Assembly: GCA_946628495.1 (NCBI GenBank)
Contig: CAMOWQ010000001.1
Location: 3,964-67,963, forward strand
DNA: 64,000 bases
Reading direction: 5' to 3'
DNA from: an uncultured Treponema sp.
GTDB lineage: Bacteria; Spirochaetota; Spirochaetia; Treponematales; Treponemataceae
This document shows positions 29,457 through 40,397 of this stretch, one piece after another. Numbering within the stretch: position 1 is the first letter of the stretch; each line of letters opens with the position of its first letter. The notes under the pieces are model-generated. The model saw nothing but the letters and a program-made list of their open reading frames with translations. It had not been told where the DNA came from and did no database searches. A program made the translations under genes and the position numbers.

Positions 29457-29463
29457 GGTATGC

Positions 29464-30384
29464 TTGATTCTTTTTAAGAAAACATTTCGTTCATTACTAG
29501 TTTTTTTTCTACCGCTGATTTTTTCTGTTTCACTTTACGGGCAGAATATATTAATTCCACCAGATATATCTATTTTTCAAAAAGCTTATCCAGATGTCAT
29601 ATTTCAAATTTCATATTCTGCACAACATCAGGATTGGAAAATTACGCTTCACCTGCCGTTTGAAACAGGAACAAAAAAAACAGTTCTTTTCTGGGCAGGA
29701 GGAAGATTTTTACCGGAACATGAACTAAAAAACAAAAATGACTATTGGACTGTTATTTACGATTATCACTACAACAAACTTCCGGCCGATCCTGCTGCAA
29801 TGACAAAGGAACAGAAAGAAGCACTTAAAAAATTCAGTTCTGACGAAAACAGAAAAACAAATGCGGGCACACCGATGTTCTTTTTTAATGATATTTATGA
29901 CAGTTACAGAAAAAGCACGGTCGAAAAACACATCAAAAAAATCACATTTTTAGGATTCCGGCTGAATATCCATGAACGGCTGGTAAAACCGCTTTCCGTT
30001 GTTGAAAAACAATTGCAGCGGGAGGCAAAGACTGATGCTGACGTTGCAAAATTCATTGCGGAAATTAAGAGTGTAGACGGTTACAACTGGCGTGAAATTG
30101 CAGGAACTTCAAGAAAATCGTTTCACAGTCTTGGAGCATGCATAGACATTCTTCCCAAAAATTTACGGGGCAAGGCAATTTTCTGGAGCTGGACAAAAGA
30201 CCTTAATCCCGACGGCTGGATGCTTACACCTTTAAAAGACAGATGGATTCCTCCCGAAAAAGTAATAAACATTTTTGAAGAAAACGGATTCATCTGGGGC
30301 GGAAAATGGGGAATCTGGGACAACATGCATTTTGAATATCATCCGGAAATTATTTTAAAAGAAAAAAGCAAAACTAAACAATAA
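29464..30384 (+). CDS. M15 family metallopeptidase (D-Ala-D-Ala carboxypeptidase-like)
   Basis: YNWREIAGT, SFHSLGACID, FIWGGKW, DNMHFEY; N-terminal signal peptide. Confidence 0.85.
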   Translation: MILFKKTFRSLLVFFLPLIFSVSLYGQNILIPPDISIFQKAYPDVIFQISYSAQHQDWKITLHLPFETGTKKTVLFWAGGRFLPEHELKNKNDYWTVIYDYHYNKLPADPAAMTKEQKEALKKFSSDENRKTNAGTPMFFFNDIYDSYRKSTVEKHIKKITFLGFRLNIHERLVKPLSVVEKQLQREAKTDADVAKFIAEIKSVDGYNWREIAGTSRKSFHSLGACIDILPKNLRGKAIFWSWTKDLNPDGWMLTPLKDRWIPPEKVINIFEENGFIWGGKWGIWDNMHFEYHPEIILKEKSKTKQ

Positions 30385-30453
30385 AGCGCAAAATTCTACG
30401 AAATGCAAAGTACAGAATAAAAATATTATAATGCATAATAAGGAAAAATCCTC

Positions 30454-30481
30454 TTGACAACCGAAAAGCATAATATAAAAT
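30454..30481 (+). promoter_or_regulatory. Sigma70-type promoter
   Basis: TTGACA, 16 nt, TAAAAT upstream of the isomerase gene. Confidence 0.5.
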
Positions 30482-30535
30482 TCAAAGTGGATTATTAGCA
30501 AATAATAGTAAAAAAATTATTATAGGAGCAAAACT

Positions 30536-32038
30536 ATGTTCAAGAACATTCCAGACGTAAAACTTGGAATTATTGCGGTAAGCCGCGACTGCTTTATCAT
30601 CTCTCTTTCTGAATCAAGAAGAGCAGCTATTGCTAAAGCTTATGGCTCTGACCTTTATGAATGCAAGGTCACTGTAGAAAACGAGCTTGATATGCTCAAA
30701 GCCGTTGAAGATGTAAAAAAAGCCGGATGTAATGCACTTTGTGTATTCCTCGGAAACTTCGGTCCAGAAACACCTGAAACTTTGATTGCAAAGAACTTCG
30801 ACGGTCCTGTTATGTATGCCGCAGCTGCAGAAAGCTCATACAAAAACGGCGGTCTTATTGATGGCCGTGGCGACGCTTATTGTGGTGTTTTGAACTGCTC
30901 TTACAACCTCGGACTCCGCCATCTTAAGGCTGTTCTTCCAGAATATCCAGTAGGAACTGCAGAAGAAGTAGCTAAGATGATGAAGGACTTCGTTCCTGTA
31001 GCACGTGCTCTCATCGGACTTTCACACCTTAAGATTATTACTTTCGGACCACGTCCACAGGACTTCTTTGCTTGTAACGCACCAATCAAAGGTCTTTATG
31101 ACATTGGTGTAGAAATCGAAGAAAACTCAGAACTTGACCTTCTCGTTTCTTACAAAGCACACAAAGACGACAAGAGAATTGCTGACGTTGTAAAAGACAT
31201 GGAAAATGAACTTGGAGCAACAGGAAACAATCACCCTGCAATTCTTCCAAGAATGGCACAGTTCGAACTTACATTGCTCGACTGGGCAGAAAACCACAAA
31301 GGTTCACGCGACTACGTTGTATTCGCTGACAAATGTTGGCCTGCATTCCCAGAAGCATTCGGTTTTGAACCATGCTATGTAAACAGCCGCCTTGCAAGCC
31401 GCGGTATTCCAGTTGCATGTGAAGTAGATATCTTCGGTGCACTTTCTGAATACATCGGAACTTGTGTAACAGGTGATCCTGTAACATTGCTCGACATCAA
31501 CAATACAGTTCCACAGGATCTGTACGATGACGAAATCAAGGGAAAGACATCATATCCATACAAGCTCAACGATACATTCATGGGCTTCCACTGTGGAAAC
31601 ACACCATTCTGCCACTTGAACAAAGACCGCAAACCTGGTGTTAAATATCAGCTCATCCAGCACCGCTTGCTTGAACCAAAAGGAAGCGAACCAGATTTCA
31701 CACGCGGAACTTTGGAAGGCGATATTGCAGCTGGCGAAATCACATTCTTCAGATTGCAGACAAGACCTGATACAAAACTTCAGGCTTATGTTGCAGAAGG
31801 TGAAGTTCTTGAAGCAGCTACACACTCATTCGGTGGTATCGGTGTATTCGCAATTCCAGAAATGGGACGTTTCTACCGCCACGTACTCGTTGCAAAACAG
31901 TATCCACACCATGGTGCAGTAGCATTTGGTCATGTTGGAAAAGCTTTGTGGACAGTATTCCAGTATCTCGGAATCGAAGACATTGCTTACAACCAGCCAG
32001 CTGGAACATTGTACGCAACAGAAAATCCTTTTGCTTAA
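30536..32038 (+). CDS. L-fucose/L-arabinose isomerase family protein
   Basis: GNFGPE, RGDAYCG, KCWP, CEVD, FHCGN, PHHGAV; codon bias typical of high expression. Confidence 0.85.
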   Translation: MFKNIPDVKLGIIAVSRDCFIISLSESRRAAIAKAYGSDLYECKVTVENELDMLKAVEDVKKAGCNALCVFLGNFGPETPETLIAKNFDGPVMYAAAAESSYKNGGLIDGRGDAYCGVLNCSYNLGLRHLKAVLPEYPVGTAEEVAKMMKDFVPVARALIGLSHLKIITFGPRPQDFFACNAPIKGLYDIGVEIEENSELDLLVSYKAHKDDKRIADVVKDMENELGATGNNHPAILPRMAQFELTLLDWAENHKGSRDYVVFADKCWPAFPEAFGFEPCYVNSRLASRGIPVACEVDIFGALSEYIGTCVTGDPVTLLDINNTVPQDLYDDEIKGKTSYPYKLNDTFMGFHCGNTPFCHLNKDRKPGVKYQLIQHRLLEPKGSEPDFTRGTLEGDIAAGEITFFRLQTRPDTKLQAYVAEGEVLEAATHSFGGIGVFAIPEMGRFYRHVLVAKQYPHHGAVAFGHVGKALWTVFQYLGIEDIAYNQPAGTLYATENPFA

Positions 32039-32069
32039 TAGCATCTGCTAAAATAAGTATTTGATTTAA

Positions 32070-32107
32070 TACACGTCCGTTTTCTTTTGAAGACGGGCGT
32101 GTTTTTT
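32070..32107 (+). terminator. Intrinsic terminator
   Basis: ACACGTCCGT...ACGGGCGTGT-TTTTT. Confidence 0.75.
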
Positions 32108-32231
32108 ATACCCCCGAAAACATCACAAACAATATCAATGAAATCAAAAACTTTTAATAAATCAAACCTAACTATTTCTTTAAATTCTAAATGACTTGTT
32201 ATATAATATAAAATATTATTAGGGAGTATGA

Positions 32232-32750
32232 ATGGACGTAAAGATTGTAAATCCTTTTTTATCAGCTGGACTTTCAACATTTGAACAGATGTTCGGCATA
32301 AAATCAGAAGCTCACGCTCCGTTTATCGTAAACAAAACTTCAGGACATCCCTGGGAAGTTTCAGGGCTCCTTGGACTTTCTGGTGATGCAAACGGTATCG
32401 TCGCATTCAGGCTGAATAAAACCCTTGCAAATAAAATGCTTGAACTTTCAGGACTTGTAGAAATCAAAGAAGAAGAAAAATCTCAACTTGCAGAACAGCT
32501 CGTTTCGGAATTTACAAACATCATTGCATCTGCTGCTGTTACAAGCATTAAAACGGCGAAAATTTCAGTTACACCTCCTTCAATTCTTACAGGACACAAT
32601 CATCTTATTGCATGGCCAAAAAATTATCCTGTAGTAGGAATTCCTTTTGCTACAAATTTTGGTTCATACGAAGTTGACGTCTGCTTTAAAGAGGATACTG
32701 TTGTAAAAAGAAAAGTTAATCCTCTTAACCAGATGTACAATACAATTTAA
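32232..32750 (+). CDS. cheX: Chemotaxis phosphatase CheX
   Basis: IVNPFL, VSGLLGLSG, SEFTNII (ExxN), ISVTPP. Confidence 0.8.
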   Translation: MDVKIVNPFLSAGLSTFEQMFGIKSEAHAPFIVNKTSGHPWEVSGLLGLSGDANGIVAFRLNKTLANKMLELSGLVEIKEEEKSQLAEQLVSEFTNIIASAAVTSIKTAKISVTPPSILTGHNHLIAWPKNYPVVGIPFATNFGSYEVDVCFKEDTVVKRKVNPLNQMYNTI

Positions 32751-32774
32751 TTACAATCTGCTATACTCTTTTTT

Positions 32775-33545
32775 ATGAAAAACAAACAAAACAATGAACT
32801 TGCAGTATGCGGTTTTGCAGCTGTAAAAAAACTTGAAAAACATCATCCCGAAAAAATTACGCGGCTTTATTTTACCCAGGAAGTCGCTCCTAAATTCGGC
32901 GGACTTTGTAAAAAGCTCGCAAAAAATCACGGCATTTATAATATGAAACCCGCAGAAGATTTGGAAAAATTGAGCGGAACGGTACATCATCAGGGAGTTG
33001 TTGCAATGATAACTGCCCCTCAGATTGAACAGCTTGATTCGGACATTACCGATGCATGGGCAGAATCAAAAGAAAACATCGTGCTTTTTGACAGAATCGG
33101 CAATGCAAATAATTTTGGAGCAATTGTAAGAAGCGCGGCATTTTTCGGAATAAAACACGTTGTCATTCCTATAGATGAAGCACAGAGTTTTATAACGACA
33201 AGCAGCTATAGGGTTGCAGAAGGCGGCATGGAATTTGTAGACATTCATTATGTAAATTCAACAGCACGTTTTCTGGAAGCAATGAAAGGAAAATTCGTAC
33301 GGGTTGGAACAAGCCTTGAAGCAAAAAAAGATTCTTCATGCCTTGGAAATTACAAGAAAGACGGCAAACCTGTTCTTATAGTACTTGGCAACGAGGAAAA
33401 AGGCATAAGCGAAATCGTAAAATCAAACTGCGACGAACTGGTTATTATTCCGTGGGCAGGCATGAAAGAAGGAAAAGAATGTGTTATCGACAGCCTTAAC
33501 GTTGCACAGGCAAGCAGTATTCTTTTCTACGAGTTGACAAAATAA
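32775..33545 (+). CDS. TrmH/SpoU family RNA methyltransferase
   Basis: HHQGVVA, NFGAIVRSAAFFG, LGNEEKG, SLNVAQA. Confidence 0.92.
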   Translation: MKNKQNNELAVCGFAAVKKLEKHHPEKITRLYFTQEVAPKFGGLCKKLAKNHGIYNMKPAEDLEKLSGTVHHQGVVAMITAPQIEQLDSDITDAWAESKENIVLFDRIGNANNFGAIVRSAAFFGIKHVVIPIDEAQSFITTSSYRVAEGGMEFVDIHYVNSTARFLEAMKGKFVRVGTSLEAKKDSSCLGNYKKDGKPVLIVLGNEEKGISEIVKSNCDELVIIPWAGMKEGKECVIDSLNVAQASSILFYELTK

Positions 33546-33590
33546 AAAAGTTAGATATAAATAACAATATAACAAATTGTAGAGGTACTT

Positions 33591-34364
33591 ATGAAAAATT
33601 ATTTTGATTTAACAGGTCAGGTTGCTGTTGTAACAGGATGTTCAACAGGACTTGGTGTTCAGATGGCAAAGGCACTTGCAAATCAAGGTGCAAAAATTGT
33701 TGCAGTTGCACGCCGCAAGGAACTGATTGAACAGGTTGCAAAAGAAATTGCAGATACATATAAAGTTGAAACCCTTGCCATTCCATGCGACATTACAGAT
33801 ACAGACCGTGTAAATGCTGCCGTTGATGAAATTCTTGCAAAATTCGGACGCATAGACATTCTTATAAACAATGCCGGAACAGGTGCAGTTGCTCCTGCAG
33901 AAGACATTACAGACGCTCAGTTTGCAGGCGAAATGAATGTTGATTTGTTTGGAACTTTTAAGTTTGCACGTGCAGCAGCAAAAAAAGCAATGATTCCAGC
34001 AAAATATGGACGTGTCATCAACATTGCTTCTATGTATGGACTTGTAGGAAACAAAATCTGCGGTTCAGCTCCTTATCATGCAGCAAAAGGCGGCGTTGTA
34101 AATCTTACACGTGCACTTGCAGCTGAATGGGGAAAATACAACATCACTGTAAATTCTATCTGTCCTGGATATTTCTATACACCGCTTACAAAAGAAACTT
34201 TGGATTCAGATTTCTTCCAGCAGAATGCAAAAACAATGATTCCGCTTGAACGCTACGGCAACGAAGGCGAACTCGACAGCACTGCGATTTTCCTTGCAAG
34301 CCCTGCTTCTACTTACGTTACAGGCGTAAACCTTCCTGTAGACGGCGGTTACACCTGCATGTAA
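33591..34364 (+). CDS. SDR family oxidoreductase
   Basis: TGCSTGLG, NNAG, YHAAK, VDGG. Confidence 0.92.
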   Translation: MKNYFDLTGQVAVVTGCSTGLGVQMAKALANQGAKIVAVARRKELIEQVAKEIADTYKVETLAIPCDITDTDRVNAAVDEILAKFGRIDILINNAGTGAVAPAEDITDAQFAGEMNVDLFGTFKFARAAAKKAMIPAKYGRVINIASMYGLVGNKICGSAPYHAAKGGVVNLTRALAAEWGKYNITVNSICPGYFYTPLTKETLDSDFFQQNAKTMIPLERYGNEGELDSTAIFLASPASTYVTGVNLPVDGGYTCM

Positions 34365-34398
34365 GTTAATACAAAGACATTAACAATCTGAGTGACTG

Positions 34399-35337
34399 TT
34401 AATCATCACTGAATAAAGGTGTAGATAAATAACGGTCACCAGAATCTGGCAGAAGGACAACAATAGTCTTGCCCTTATTTTCAGGGCGTTCTGCCAGAAT
34501 ACGAGCCGCTTTTAAAGCAGCCCCCGATGAAATTCCAACAAGAATACCTTCGCTTTGAGCAAAAGCACGACCTTCCGTAAATGCATCATCATTTTCTACA
34601 GCAATAACTTCATCATAAATTTTGGTATTAAGAACATCAGGTATAAAACCAGCACCAATTCCCTGAATTTTATGAGGACCTGCTTTTCCCTTTGACAAAA
34701 CAGGACTTGTTGCAGGTTCTACAGCAACAACTTTTATTTCAGGATTCTGCTCCTTAAGATATTCACCGATACCTGTTATTGTACCGCCAGTTCCAACACC
34801 AGCTACAAAAATATCAATTTTACCGTCAGTCTGTTTCCATATTTCAGGACCGGTAGTTTTTTTATGAATTGCAGGATTTGCAGGATTACAAAACTGCCCC
34901 GCAATTATACTGCCAGGAATTGAAGCATGAAGTTCTTCCGCTTTTTCAATTGCACCTTTCATGCCTCTTGCACCCTCAGTAAGCACAATTTCTGCACCGT
35001 AGGCCTTTAAAAGCGTTCTTCGTTCTACGCTCATTGTATCAGGCAAAGTAAGAATTGCCTTATATCCCTTTGCAGCCGCAACTGCAGCAAGTCCTATACC
35101 AGTATTGCCCGAAGTCGGTTCAATAATAGTTGCGCCCGGTTTTAGAATGCCTTTTGCTTCAGCATCTTCAATCATCGACAATGCAACACGATCTTTTACG
35201 CTGCCTGCAGGATTAAGGTATTCAAGTTTTGCAAGAATAACTGCATTTGTAATTCCTGCTTTTTTTGAATAACCGTTTAACTGCAAAATTGGCGTACCAC
35301 CAATCAATTCCAAAGAACTTTGTTTAATATCACTCAT
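34399..35337 (-). CDS. cysK: Cysteine synthase A
   Basis: [40 protein letters not shown]. Confidence 0.95.
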   Translation of the reverse strand: MSDIKQSSLELIGGTPILQLNGYSKKAGITNAVILAKLEYLNPAGSVKDRVALSMIEDAEAKGILKPGATIIEPTSGNTGIGLAAVAAAKGYKAILTLPDTMSVERRTLLKAYGAEIVLTEGARGMKGAIEKAEELHASIPGSIIAGQFCNPANPAIHKKTTGPEIWKQTDGKIDIFVAGVGTGGTITGIGEYLKEQNPEIKVVAVEPATSPVLSKGKAGPHKIQGIGAGFIPDVLNTKIYDEVIAVENDDAFTEGRAFAQSEGILVGISSGAALKAARILAERPENKGKTIVVLLPDSGDRYLSTPLFSDD

Positions 35338-35367
35338 TTTTTTCTCCAACAATTATTACCTTTTTTA

Positions 35368-37566
35368 TTATTCACTACTCATAATGCGTTCCAGACCTTG
35401 TGCAGTTTCTCTTGTTCTGTTTGCAAGAGTTCGTAAAGCCGCAACCTGAGCTGAAAGCGCTTGTGTTTCAGAAGAAATTTCCGAACTTGCATTATGAACT
35501 TTTTGAGAAGCCTGTGTAAGACGCTCCATATTCGTAAGGACATGTGTAGAATGCCGGCTCTGTTCCGCAACAGAATCTTTCATACGACCGGCAGTACTTG
35601 CCATCTGTTCCGATTCCTTAGAAATAATTTTACCAGTATCAACCTGCTGACGTATACTCTGCGAGGCAGCACTTACTTTTTCAACACTCTGTCCGGCTCC
35701 ATTCTGAATATTAACAAAGGTCTGATTAACTTTTTCTGTAAGTTCAACACTCTGTTCAATACTCTGAATTACACTTGTAATAATTTCCCCAATTTTTGAT
35801 GCATAAGTTGAACTGTTTGCAGCAAGGGCTTTAATTTCATGAGCGATAACGGCAAAACCTTTTCCCTTATCGCCAGTATGAGCAGCTTCAATTGCAGCAT
35901 TCATGGCAAGAAGATCTGTCTGATGAGCAAATGTATCAAGTGTAGTAACAACGCTAAGAATTTCTTTTGAAGAATCCTGAATGGAATCAATAACCGACAA
36001 AAGTTTTTTCATTTCATCAGAACCTGAAGACGTAAGTATATTAAGCGAACGTGTAAAGTTTTCGGCCGTCATAATACCTTCGCTGACATTTACAATACCG
36101 TCCATTACAGATTTAGTACCGTCCGCCGTTGTTTTAATACTTTCCGTTGTTTTATCAAATTCAACATTCATATCCTGCAAAGACTGTGCAAGCTCTTTTA
36201 TAGTTTCTTCCGTTTCTTCGTGAATTGAAGACTGTTCATGAATTGCCTGATTAATAATATCAACTTTTTCGCTTGAAGTTCTGGTTGCCTGAGTTACAGT
36301 CTGAACAGAATCCGCCAGTTCATCTGAAATCTGAGACAATTCAACCGCCATATCTTTTGCGCTTGTAAAAATCTGCGTAAGCTTTTCATGCTGTTTTTCT
36401 GTCTGCACACCAAGTTCAATAAGTTCATGAGAAGAACGGGCAGAACGCATTGAAAGCGTAATGAAAACCGATAAATCTACGGCAAAGAATGCAAGCGCCT
36501 GCGTCCACATAAACGGAATCTTTCCAATAACCATATAAATAACATCATGCAGCGCAAGGAAAGAACCAATAGAAAAAGCAATAAACAGATTCAAGGCATA
36601 AGGAACATGCTGCTTAAGGGCCCTTGTAGTTGTAACAAAACCATAAACAATAACAACAACAACAGGAAGAAGCATTATATTAAACGTCATATCCATTGAA
36701 TCCTGTTTTCCCATTACAGACAGATAAACAGAAAAAACAATTATGCTTGATACAGATGCTATTGTAAGAATCCGCTTAAATCCTCTGCGACAGAAGAAAC
36801 TGTTCAGGAACAAGCCCATAAACATCATACTTACAGGAAGACAGGCACGGCAAAGAGAACGCTGAAGATTATACGGCAAGAATTGAACTTCCGAACCGAT
36901 ATCAAGGAAGTATGGAATAATAAATGCCATACAAATAGAGAACAGAAGATATGCTTTATCGGAGCGGTTTCCAAGGAAAACACCAAGACTATAAAGCATA
37001 ATAAATATACACAAATAAGTAAGGATTAAAAAGAAACGCGGTCCAAACTGATTATGTATTACATTCTGGAAATATGCCTGTTCCTTATTATCAAACGAAA
37101 AACCAAGATCTATGATTTTATCGGCAGGACAATAACATCTTACGGCAATCTTAACATTTCCGTTATGAATTGCAGAAAGCGGTATACAAACATCCGTATT
37201 TTCTTCGACACGAACCCGGGTGTTTGGAGGAAGATTTCCGCGGGAACCGACATACACGCCATCTGCATAAATATCGGCAGCAGCATTGAATCTATCCATT
37301 CCAAGCCATACAGAATCTTTTAACAAACGGGCAGGAACCGTTGCTTCAGTATGAATCCAGGCATAGTGAACCGAGCCGACCTCCAGCGAATTACGTTCCA
37401 GCGTTTTCCAATTACTGTCATTAAAATCTGGAGAAGCCCACTCCAAATTATCTCCGACAGAATATTTTATTTTTGACGTTACTTTTTCTGATATACGATT
37501 ATTAGGAATGCACGAAGTTAGAACAAAACAAGTGGCGAGAACTGCCAAAGAAAGAACCTTTTTCAT
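35368..37566 (-). CDS. Methyl-accepting chemotaxis protein with sugar-binding-like N-domain and about seven TM helices (7TM-DISM-like)
   Basis: Lipobox-like LTSC, GDNLEWASPDFNDSNW, multiple TMs, [29 protein letters not shown]. Confidence 0.85.
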   Translation of the reverse strand: MKKVLSLAVLATCFVLTSCIPNNRISEKVTSKIKYSVGDNLEWASPDFNDSNWKTLERNSLEVGSVHYAWIHTEATVPARLLKDSVWLGMDRFNAAADIYADGVYVGSRGNLPPNTRVRVEENTDVCIPLSAIHNGNVKIAVRCYCPADKIIDLGFSFDNKEQAYFQNVIHNQFGPRFFLILTYLCIFIMLYSLGVFLGNRSDKAYLLFSICMAFIIPYFLDIGSEVQFLPYNLQRSLCRACLPVSMMFMGLFLNSFFCRRGFKRILTIASVSSIIVFSVYLSVMGKQDSMDMTFNIMLLPVVVVIVYGFVTTTRALKQHVPYALNLFIAFSIGSFLALHDVIYMVIGKIPFMWTQALAFFAVDLSVFITLSMRSARSSHELIELGVQTEKQHEKLTQIFTSAKDMAVELSQISDELADSVQTVTQATRTSSEKVDIINQAIHEQSSIHEETEETIKELAQSLQDMNVEFDKTTESIKTTADGTKSVMDGIVNVSEGIMTAENFTRSLNILTSSGSDEMKKLLSVIDSIQDSSKEILSVVTTLDTFAHQTDLLAMNAAIEAAHTGDKGKGFAVIAHEIKALAANSSTYASKIGEIITSVIQSIEQSVELTEKVNQTFVNIQNGAGQSVEKVSAASQSIRQQVDTGKIISKESEQMASTAGRMKDSVAEQSRHSTHVLTNMERLTQASQKVHNASSEISSETQALSAQVAALRTLANRTRETAQGLERIMSSE

Positions 37567-37712
37567 AGAAACTCCTTCGAATTATTTAATATGCTACTAT
37601 AGAAAATTAAAAATTTCCAATAAATTCGTACATTTTCATATACAAATATAACTTTCTGTTATAAAATCGTGGTCTATTACCCTTTTTTACACTTTATAAG
37701 TCTTTGTAGGAG

Positions 37713-38584
37713 ATGGAAATGACAAAACAAAAAAAAGCTTTGATTGTTGTTCTGTCACTTCTTGTTGTTTTATCAGCTGATGTATTGATTGTTTACAAGA
37801 TTGCCAGAGCATAGTTTGCTCATCATGCAAACGAAAACATGAATTATCATGCTAGTCTTAGAACCGTTGAATTCGAAGCTTCCATGAATGAACAGCTTAC
37901 CCTTGTACGGCAGTTAGTAAATCGGTTTTCTGGACAAGCGATAAAAACAAGGAATTCTGGAGCGGCATGGAATTCTCTTATGTAGTAAATCCAAATGATC
38001 CGAATGACTACTGGTACAACATGACGCTGTACGAAACCGAAGAATACAACTTCAACATAAATTATAACGAAGCGCTGAATTCAACCATGCTTTGGGTAAA
38101 TGCAGTTGTACGGTACAATGGAAAGCCGATTGGAATGGTTGGAACTGGTATTCCACTTCAGAATTTTATAGACACAATGTATAAAGGCCTTAGCGACCAC
38201 ACAACAATGTATCTGTTTAACGATAAAGATGAAATTACAGGTGCTCTTGATGCAAACATTCTAAAAGATAAACTTAATATTTATGATACCCTGCCATTCC
38301 TAAAAACTGTAGATGCAAAACCAAAAGAAATGGTAAATATTTCTACATACGAAGGTGAATATCTTCTTGCACCAATAGAATTTGTAAAGTGGCACATGGC
38401 ATATTTTATTCCGTATGATTTTCAGGCACGTGTTCACAATGCAATCGTGCCGGGAATTGTAAGCCTGTTAATTATTTTTCTTATTTTAATTCTTGTCCTT
38501 ACAATTATAAGAATAATCACGCAGCTTAATACCCTAAAAAATGCCATTGCAGATCTTTCAAGCGAAAATGCAGACCTTCAATGA
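37713..38584 (+). pseudogene. Degraded chemoreceptor gene (Cache-type sensor; signalling domain missing)
   Basis: RBS AGGAG and ATG 37713, TM1, in-frame TAG at 37812-37814, frame change near 37920, sensor plus TM2 in ORF 37967-38584, ending at a HAMP-like LSSENADL. Confidence 0.7.
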
Positions 38585-38674
38585 CATTCAAAATCAGATG
38601 GGACAATTCACAGTATAAATAGAATGCAACAAAAATGAAGGTTGCACTATATTTTTTTTGAGTTATAATTTAAA

Positions 38675-38764
38675 CATAAAAAAAGGACTGGCATCACACT
38701 TCCAGTCCTAAAAGAGATTAAAAAGGCGATGGCGGAGTTTTTTAAGAACCATCGCTTTTTTTTT
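38675..38764 (+). ncRNA. Candidate small RNA (own promoter, two hairpins, poly-U end)
   Basis: TTGCAC(38642)-16 nt-TATAAT(38664); AGGACTGG-catcacactt-CCAGTCCT; AAAAGGCGATGG...CCATCGCTTTTTTTTT; no + strand ORF follows. Confidence 0.4.
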
Positions 38765-38848
38765 CGGAAATCAATTTTACACAACGTATGCCAACCTCTA
38801 ACGCGTGCTCATTCTTTCCGCTAAAACTTTCTTAAATTATTACACCGC

Positions 38849-40192
38849 TTAAACGCGGAAAACAATCACATCATCATCGCTACGGAATTCATTCCACTGA
38901 GGAAGCGGAGTTCCATCGCAATCTTTACCATTTGGATTACCGCATTTTATAAAATTGCACAGGTAATTACACATCTGGCGCGAAACATCATACCATTTGC
39001 CTGTAAACGGTCTCCAGCATTTTGCAAGAGTTTCAAACCAGAACCACAAATCAACCGAATGGAATTTTCCAGGATTATCCCAACCAGGAATATCAACATC
39101 AAACTGATAGCTGTAATTTACATCTTTACATCCATTTTTATCAGTCATCCGTTTATACATTCCAATTGCCGTCTGAATTGCATTAATACTCTTTTCTGCA
39201 CCCTGCGGCTTAAAAGTAAATTCATCAGTTGTAAAACCGAACATCATCGGAACTGTTTTAACCTGATTTTTTTCCAAAGCACTAAAGAATTCATCTTTTA
39301 TAAAAATATCATCTTTTACAGGCAGCCAGGTCTGAATAGATTTGTCGTGTCCACCATATTCGTTCCATTTCTGGCGCATCTCGGCTGTTGTAAACTTACG
39401 GATTTCGGCAAGCGTCTTAACACCACAAAATTCGAAGAAATCTTCACCAAGTTTTTCTGCTTCTTTAAGAGAACGCGGAGTCATTATATTATTTCCAGGC
39501 ATATAGAACATACCGCTATGACAAACTGCACGCTTAAAAATATTCTGTGTTCCAAAAAGAATCTGATTTAATACACTTCCACCACCAGCAGACTGACCGC
39601 CAATTGTAATATTTTCGCTGTCTCCACCAAAGGCTCCGATATTATCTTTTACCCACTGCATTGCCATTCGCTGATCAAGAAGTCCAAAATTTGCAGGAGC
39701 CTCTGGATTTTCTTTTGTAATTTCCGGATGACACATAAAACCGAACATATTAAGACGATATGCTACAGTTACAACGACAATTCCACGACGTGCAATACGT
39801 TCTCCATCAAATTCCATTTCCGGTGTAAATCCTGTCTGAAATCCACCGCCATGAATCCATACATAAACAGGCAATTTTTCATCTGCAGAATTTGCAGGAG
39901 TCCAGACATTCAAATAAAGACAGTCTTCACTCATTGGTATATCTTTATCTACAGACCATTCACGGCAATATAAATCATCGGGATTATAATAAGGAGTTGG
40001 TTGAACAGCAATCGGACCAAAATTCCAGGCTTTTAAGGTGCCTTCCCATTTTTCTACAGGAACCGGCGCATGAAAACGCAAATCACCTACAGGTGGTTTC
40101 GCAAACGGAATTCCCTTAAACGCAGTGATGCGAGGGTCTGCTGCGGGGATGCCTTCGATTTTTCCAACTTTAGTTTCAACTGTTCTAAGCAT
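38849..40192 (-). CDS. Carboxylesterase type B family
   Basis: FKGIPFA, SEDCLYLNVW, HGGG, GQSAGG. Confidence 0.92.
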   Translation of the reverse strand: MLRTVETKVGKIEGIPAADPRITAFKGIPFAKPPVGDLRFHAPVPVEKWEGTLKAWNFGPIAVQPTPYYNPDDLYCREWSVDKDIPMSEDCLYLNVWTPANSADEKLPVYVWIHGGGFQTGFTPEMEFDGERIARRGIVVVTVAYRLNMFGFMCHPEITKENPEAPANFGLLDQRMAMQWVKDNIGAFGGDSENITIGGQSAGGGSVLNQILFGTQNIFKRAVCHSGMFYMPGNNIMTPRSLKEAEKLGEDFFEFCGVKTLAEIRKFTTAEMRQKWNEYGGHDKSIQTWLPVKDDIFIKDEFFSALEKNQVKTVPMMFGFTTDEFTFKPQGAEKSINAIQTAIGMYKRMTDKNGCKDVNYSYQFDVDIPGWDNPGKFHSVDLWFWFETLAKCWRPFTGKWYDVSRQMCNYLCNFIKCGNPNGKDCDGTPLPQWNEFRSDDDVIVFRV

Positions 40193-40333
40193 ATTGTACT
40201 CCCATTAATAAATCGTTTAACCAAGATTATATGACGGAATTGCAAAAAACACAAATAAGAGTTTTTCAGTATATTTAAAAATTTGCAGATAACTTCATAT
40301 TGTTATTGCATTTAAATTAGGTAAAAACGCTAC

Positions 40334-40361
40334 TTGACTATAAAACAGATTATTATAGAAT
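40334..40361 (+). promoter_or_regulatory. Sigma70-type promoter of xylB
   Basis: TTGACT, 16 nt, TAGAAT. Confidence 0.45.
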
Positions 40362-40397
40362 TTACACGAATATTATTTTACCTTTTGGAGGAAAAAA

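Noticed and set aside
30421-30459. Similar ATATT..ATGCAT..AGG.AAAA..CTTGAC stretch upstream of the isomerase and xylB (40297-40339) as a shared pentose operator
   Set aside because: Needs gaps to align and is AT-rich; not distinguishable from chance by eye.
38689-38704. TGGCATCACACTTCCA as a sigma54 promoter
   Set aside because: The -12 element reads TTCC, not TTGC, and it lies in a hairpin.
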